Source: Caecitellus pseudoparvulus (lineage: Eukaryota > Protista > Bigyra: Bicosoecida). From it: a stretch of DNA of 64,000 bases. The stretch covers positions 248,001-312,000 of the forward strand of contig CBFFRQ010000053.1 of NCBI GenBank assembly GCA_965644315.1, in the 5' to 3' direction. The translations under genes and the position numbers were made by a program. This document shows positions 55,001 through 61,000 of the stretch, piece after piece (the stretch's first letter is position 1; every line of letters begins with the position of its first letter). Below the pieces are notes generated by a model that did no database searches, was not told where the DNA came from, and saw only the letters and a list, made by a program, of their open reading frames with translations.

Positions 55001-58000
55001 CAGCACGTTGTCGCCTCCGAGCAAACCTGCAAAGGAGTCGGGAGGCACGCCCCCAGCCGTCGGCCCTTCATCGATCGCCACTGGACTCGCAGCTGCTCCC
55101 AGCGTCAGCGGGGAGGGAACTCGACTTTCTGACACCCCTGGCGCATTTGAGCTTGGCTCTGGACTGGGGTCCAGCGAGCGAACGTCGGAGCCAGGCCCAG
55201 ACTGGGGGCTGGAACCTGGCTGAGCCCTTGCCTGCTGAGACGCTGACGCAACAAAGGGCCTCATCACGACACTGAATGCAGGCTCCTCTGGGGGTGACGT
55301 GTGCTCTCGAACCTCCCTCTCCAACACGAGGTCAGAGTCTTCTTCCTTATGCTCAGGGTCGTCCTGAAGTGAAGCTTGGTGAAGCGGTACAAGCAGCGTA
55401 GGTGACTCGGCCAACGATCCAGACCCTGAGTCTGAACCGCTTCCTAGACCTGAGTCTGAGTCAGAATCTGATGATTCTGACTCCGCGCCTGAGCCTGGCT
55501 CACTGCGCGTTCCATCTGCTGACCAGCCGTCCTCGCTTAAGTCGCCGCCAAGTACTGCTTCAAGCTGCGAGAATCCCAGCGAGCCAAGCAGGTGGTTTAC
55601 AAAGGCTTGCCCAGCAGCGCCACCCAAGACCCTGGCCACGACAGGGGCCGTATCAACTGCCCCAGACGTGACTTCTGCAGTGGAACCTGTCGCCGGATCT
55701 GACACTTCGATCACGACAGTCCCCGTGACAGTGCCGTCCTCAGCTGACGCGCCAGGTTGGCTGGCATGCGTGGAGGTGCCGAACCCCCCCCCGCTCTCGC
55801 GCAGCACAGCTTGCAGGCCCCCCGTGCTCTCATCATCGCTGTCACCCTCGCCCAACCTGAAGAAGCCGACGTTCCGGGGACGCCGAACCTCTGGTTCCTC
55901 GCCGTCACCACTTGTCATCATCACTGCGTCTGGCCCCGGCTGCTGCAGCTGCAAGTCATCATCGTCAGAGAGCGCTTCGACGAGCACGTCATCGCCGCCT
56001 TCATCGTCTTCGTCCTCGCTGTCTGCATCATCGGCACCTTCCCCAGTCGTTTGGGCGGAATCGGGGAACGCCTGGGCTGCGTTTGGTCGTTCAGAGCCCA
56101 ACCTAGCGTCATCCTCCTCTGCTTCCGCATCTGACTCGTCGTGCTGCCCAACGCTGAAGGCAACACTGTCTGCGCTGTCTGCACGACGAAGTGCGACAGA
56201 CCCCAGGCCGCTGGAACCCGGCGGTGAAGCCCCCGCCTCCCCTGTCCCAAGATTGCTCAGGGCGGCGGGAAATGCATGGGTTTGTGGCAACCCAGACTCC
56301 ACCTTCGGGGCTGCACTGTGCCGGTTGGAGTCCCTTGAAGTTCCTGTGGGTGTAAGGGTATGACCTGCCCGCGCATCTTCCGGAGAGTGGTGCTGGCGAA
56401 GGGGTGCAGACCTGCGACGCTTGCGCGCAGCCCCATGCCCCTTCCGTGGCTCCGTCTGGGGCACTCGAAGTGCCCGTGACCGCACCCGAGCGTGGGCGAC
56501 ACTCGGCAAGTCCACGACGTTGGATGTGGCTGCAGCAGCTAAGCAAGCGGCAACCATGCTCGTCAAGGCAAGCAAACCTTGCTGACCTGATGGAGCAGCA
56601 TGAAACAGTTTCTGTGTCTCAGCATCCACTTGGCACACGTCCGCTGAAAGCAAAGACTGCACAAACTGAGCTGCGTTGTACAATCCGAGTCTGGAGTGTG
56701 GTTCGACTTGCAGAGTCTGTGCCTTGGTGGACTTCTGCAAAGTTGCAGTAAGCGTGGCGAGCAAGCCAGTGACAGCGGAGAGCGCCTCAGGGGCCTCAGG
56801 TAAATCTGGTTCAATCGTAGGGATCAAAGACATGAGCATGGAAAGGGCGCCTCGGGCATGTGCCTCGGCCGGCAAGTACTGCGGAGACTGCCACACGCGG
56901 GAGAGACTGGCAAGCGGTGACACGGTGCCCCCCGGCGGCACAGCCAAAGAGCCTGAAGGCATCAAGGCAAGGTTCACCTCGGCGTTGCTAGTTGCAAACA
57001 GTGCTGCAAGGCTCCTGCCAATGTTTCTGTGGCCGACAGATGAGCTCTCCAACTTCAATGGGACATCGGTGAGCACTGCCTTGGCCAGGTTGCACAAGGC
57101 CTTCACGCCTGCAGCTCGCAGGGAGGCGTGCAGGTACGCAGGCGGAATGTGGAGCGCGGGCATGGCCTCCATCATCTTCTGCACAAGCTCCTCTTGCTTC
57201 AGCTCGCCCCAGCGAGCCCAAACAGCCAGCTGCCGGAGTATGTGGTCGAGAAGGAGAACAGCATGCAGATCAGACAGCCTCGCAAAAGCAAGGAGCATGC
57301 CTTCCGCCATGGAGCTTGTTGCCTGTGAGTGACAAATGTGCCATGAAGCCCTCGCTCGTGCCACCTGCTGCACCTGGGCGTTGTAAACCGTGGAGTGTGT
57401 GACCTGCTCGAAGGATGCAGCTCTGGGCAAGGGCCACTGTGGAGACACTGCGTCGGCAGGGGCGCACCCAAGGAGGCCAATGTCATCCCAGCCGAATGCT
57501 GGGAGCACTGTGCTGAGGATTGTCGTCAAAGCAGGATTTGCCCCGGCCAAGTACTCGGTAAAGCCATCCACCAGCCCAACGCCTAGTGCAGCGAGGGTTC
57601 CTTGCAGTTTTCGTGTAGGCACCAACATGGGCGAAGGCGGCGAGCCAGCTGCTGCGCCCTGAGCCATGCACTTTGCGTGATTTCGTCGAGCTGCATCCAG
57701 GCCAGCTGTCAATGCAGCCATTCTCGCAGGGGATGGGACGGGGTCCCTGAAGGGGTACGCCCTAAGCCTCCCTGGGACTCCCGTCATGGACACCCCGTCG
57801 GGGAGTGGCAAGTCGACTGTTGCTGGTGGTGAGGGTGGGCTTGTCCTCGCCTTGGCAGTTGCTTTGCCGTGCTTGCTTGGCTGATCGCCTGCTGAAGAGT
57901 TCATGCAGAAGGGAGGCAGGTCAGCCTGCGCAGCACACACAGCGAGGAGCCTCCAAGCACTGTCGACCAGAGGGTGAGATTCAGGAAAGAATGCCAAGAG

Positions 58001-61000
58001 CGGGGTGAAGTCAACCCGACCAGAGCTATCGGCACGGAGCAAGGCCCCCCACTGTGTGGCGCTGCCCTCATCCGGGCGCAAACTGAACGGTGTATCTGGC
58101 CGAAAAGAGTTCAGAACCTCTGTGAGCACTTGCACACATCGAGCAGGTGTCAGGGCCCAAGCTGAGCCTGCCAATGCGGGGTCCTGAGTGCTGAACATTC
58201 GAACGGGATGGGGCTGGTCGTCAGGCGCAGCGGCCCTCCATGATAACACGCCCTGCAGAACACACGAAAACAACGCATGTGTGGCGTATGTCATCATGGA
58301 TGCTTGTGAAGACATGTGACTGAGGGGTAGCACAGCACTGGGCGCTGATCGAGCGAGCGCCTCGGCGCTGGCAGCCGGCAAGAGCTGGGAGCCCGTCATC
58401 CCGCCCACCAAAGGCACGAACAGCACTGACGACGAAGACGCGGGGGCGGGCAAGGGGGAATGCCACGAGGGCCCTGGTGCAGCGGGTCTCCCCATGTCAG
58501 CCCCACGGGCATACCACAGCTCCAGGGGAAACTTAGACAGAAGCCGGGCATCCAGCGCTGCTTGAGCCGCAGGAGTGTCCTCGGAAATGGGGCAGGCATC
58601 AGCGTGCCACGAGCTGCGCACACGAATGCGCCCTTCAGAGACACTCCTCAGGAGCTGCAGCATCCTGGACCGAAGGGCCAAAGCCTGGGGCTGAGGTCGG
58701 ATGGCAACGTAGACTTCCTCCTCCCCCCCGTGCATGGCAGTCCAGCAGGAGAGCCGGATGCAAACAGCAAGAGAAAATAAGCCAGGATCTCTCACAGCCA
58801 CTGGCGCGACCAACTTCAAGAATTGCCGCATCGTCAAAATCCCAGGGGAATCCTGACGAGGGTGCGATTCGGCGGCTTGCTGGGCTGGAGAGACTGTGAC
58901 ACTCGAGCTTGTGCGGTTGGCGGAGGCTTCGTCACGCTCTCCACGACCTCGCCTGCGGCCTCCCACTTGGCGGGCCGGGCCGCTGGCTGGTAGTCCAGAC
59001 GGTGTGGCATTATGCCGCCTCATGTACTGAGACACCTTCATCGTGATGTCTTGCTCACACCGCTTCAGGAATGACACGTGGTCGTCGCACACCCGCTTCA
59101 AGATGGAGGCGCAGTGCTTTGCCTGACCGGCAAAGTCTGACTCAGACGGCAGCGAGAGCAGGGCAGGGACACCGCCAGCGGCCACGAAGGCAAGTGCACC
59201 GGTCCTCCTTCGAATCAAGTGCTTGACCAACGACAGGACAGCTGCCGCCGCCGAGGGCGTGATGCACCTCATGCGAAGCAGCCCTGCCGCCACACGCGAG
59301 GAAGAAATTACTTGCCCTTGAGACAGCAGTGAGCAGTCATTCAGGCTGTGGGCGAGGGCCACGATGCTGGACAAGAAGGCATCTTCCGCATCCCCCTGTT
59401 GGCTGGCTTGCATCGTGTGCTGTACAGCCACCTTGACGGGAGTGCCTTGAAGCGGCAGGCGAACCTGCACAAGCAAGTCCAAGACTGCAACTGCAGGTGT
59501 GACGAACGCCGGCCACTTCGTCCACCACGTGGGGGCACTAGGCAGCCCACTCTCCCTCTCGCCATGCACCCCATCGCCTCCCAAATTGCAAGGCAGGTAA
59601 TCCACCGGGATGCGAGGGTGGGAGCACTCTGAAACAGACAAAACTGCCGTGAGGGCGTGTAGCAAGGCTGTTGACACGTTAGTGTGCAGGGTTGACCCTG
59701 ATGGGGAAGCAATGGCCACCTGACAGCGAGAGGCAAAGACGCGGCTTTCAGTGTCCACAAAGAGGATGGATGAGAGGACTGCGCACAGGTTTGCCAGCGC
59801 TGAGCTTGATTGGGAAAACAGACTGTCCTCCAGGGGAGCAGCGGACCCCCCTTCCACAGCATCGTGAACGCACTTGACGAATGCTCCGCACGCAGCTGCC
59901 ACTGCACTGCACAGCCACTGCGACATGGTGGCACGGCTTGCAACCATCGTGTGGCTTGCAGGCTGCAAAGCTGCTGGGAGTGGCAGCTGCAGCGCCTCGA
60001 AAACGCTGAAGGGAAGGCTTCCGACAAGCGAGCGGAACGCAGACACTGGCCGAGGCAGGAGCAATTGGAGCAGGGCCCGCCCAGCGTGGTGCAAGTACTG
60101 CGGCAAGGGGGCGTTGGGCGCCCCTGCGTTGGACTTGCTGGCCGATGGAGGTATACTGATGCTCCTGAGCACAGTTGCCAGTGGTGGGCTGGGTGGCCCA
60201 TCCGGCTTTGTCTGGGATGGCTCTCTCGGACCTGCATGAGAAGCAGACAGCAGCAGCCGGGTGGCGATGGACGGTGTTAAGGTGCGAACTGCAGCAATGA
60301 CCTGGCGGACCGTGGAGAAGCGCTGTACCAGTGCTTGTCCCGCAGCTTCGTCCAATGAGTGTGTCTCTTGCCGAGACAAAACTGGCGCCGGACACAGAAG
60401 GAACTGCTCCCCACAAGTCGGCTCGTACACACCGTCCGCTAGGAAGTCTGGTTGTTGCATAACGCTAGGCGCATCAGGAGGGGGGGCAGCAGGGGAGAGT
60501 GTACCCTCCAGGTTCGTAACGTCAAGTGGTGGGGCACCCCCTGCAGCCACACGACGCGGGCGGCTTCCCCGAGCGGAGTTGACGTTGCTGTTGGCGGACA
60601 CGTTGAAAACAGGACCTGGACTGTCGGACCAAGCAGCGAGCACGTCAAAGACGTGCCGTCGATGTGTGGATCTCTCTTCTACACGAGGGCGGAGCTGCAG
60701 TCCATAGAAACGGTGCCCCCTTTCAGTGGTGGCTGCTTGGTGCAGGCTCGGGGTGGGTGACGGGGAGGTTCGCCCGGGGGCTGCACTGCCCCACTCCGGC
60801 TGCAAGTGCGCCTGGAGCATGCTCCGAAGTCCAGCTTGTAGGGTGCGTTCAATCATGGGGTCTCCCACGTCCCGCATGGACACATCCGACCCCAGGATTA
60901 CTTGCTGGCTCCTGGCGCGAGGGCTTGAACGCGGCGCAATGGGCAGCCGCACACCTTGTTGCTGTGGCTCCCTAGCAGGGTGCGCGGTCCATCTCAGCAC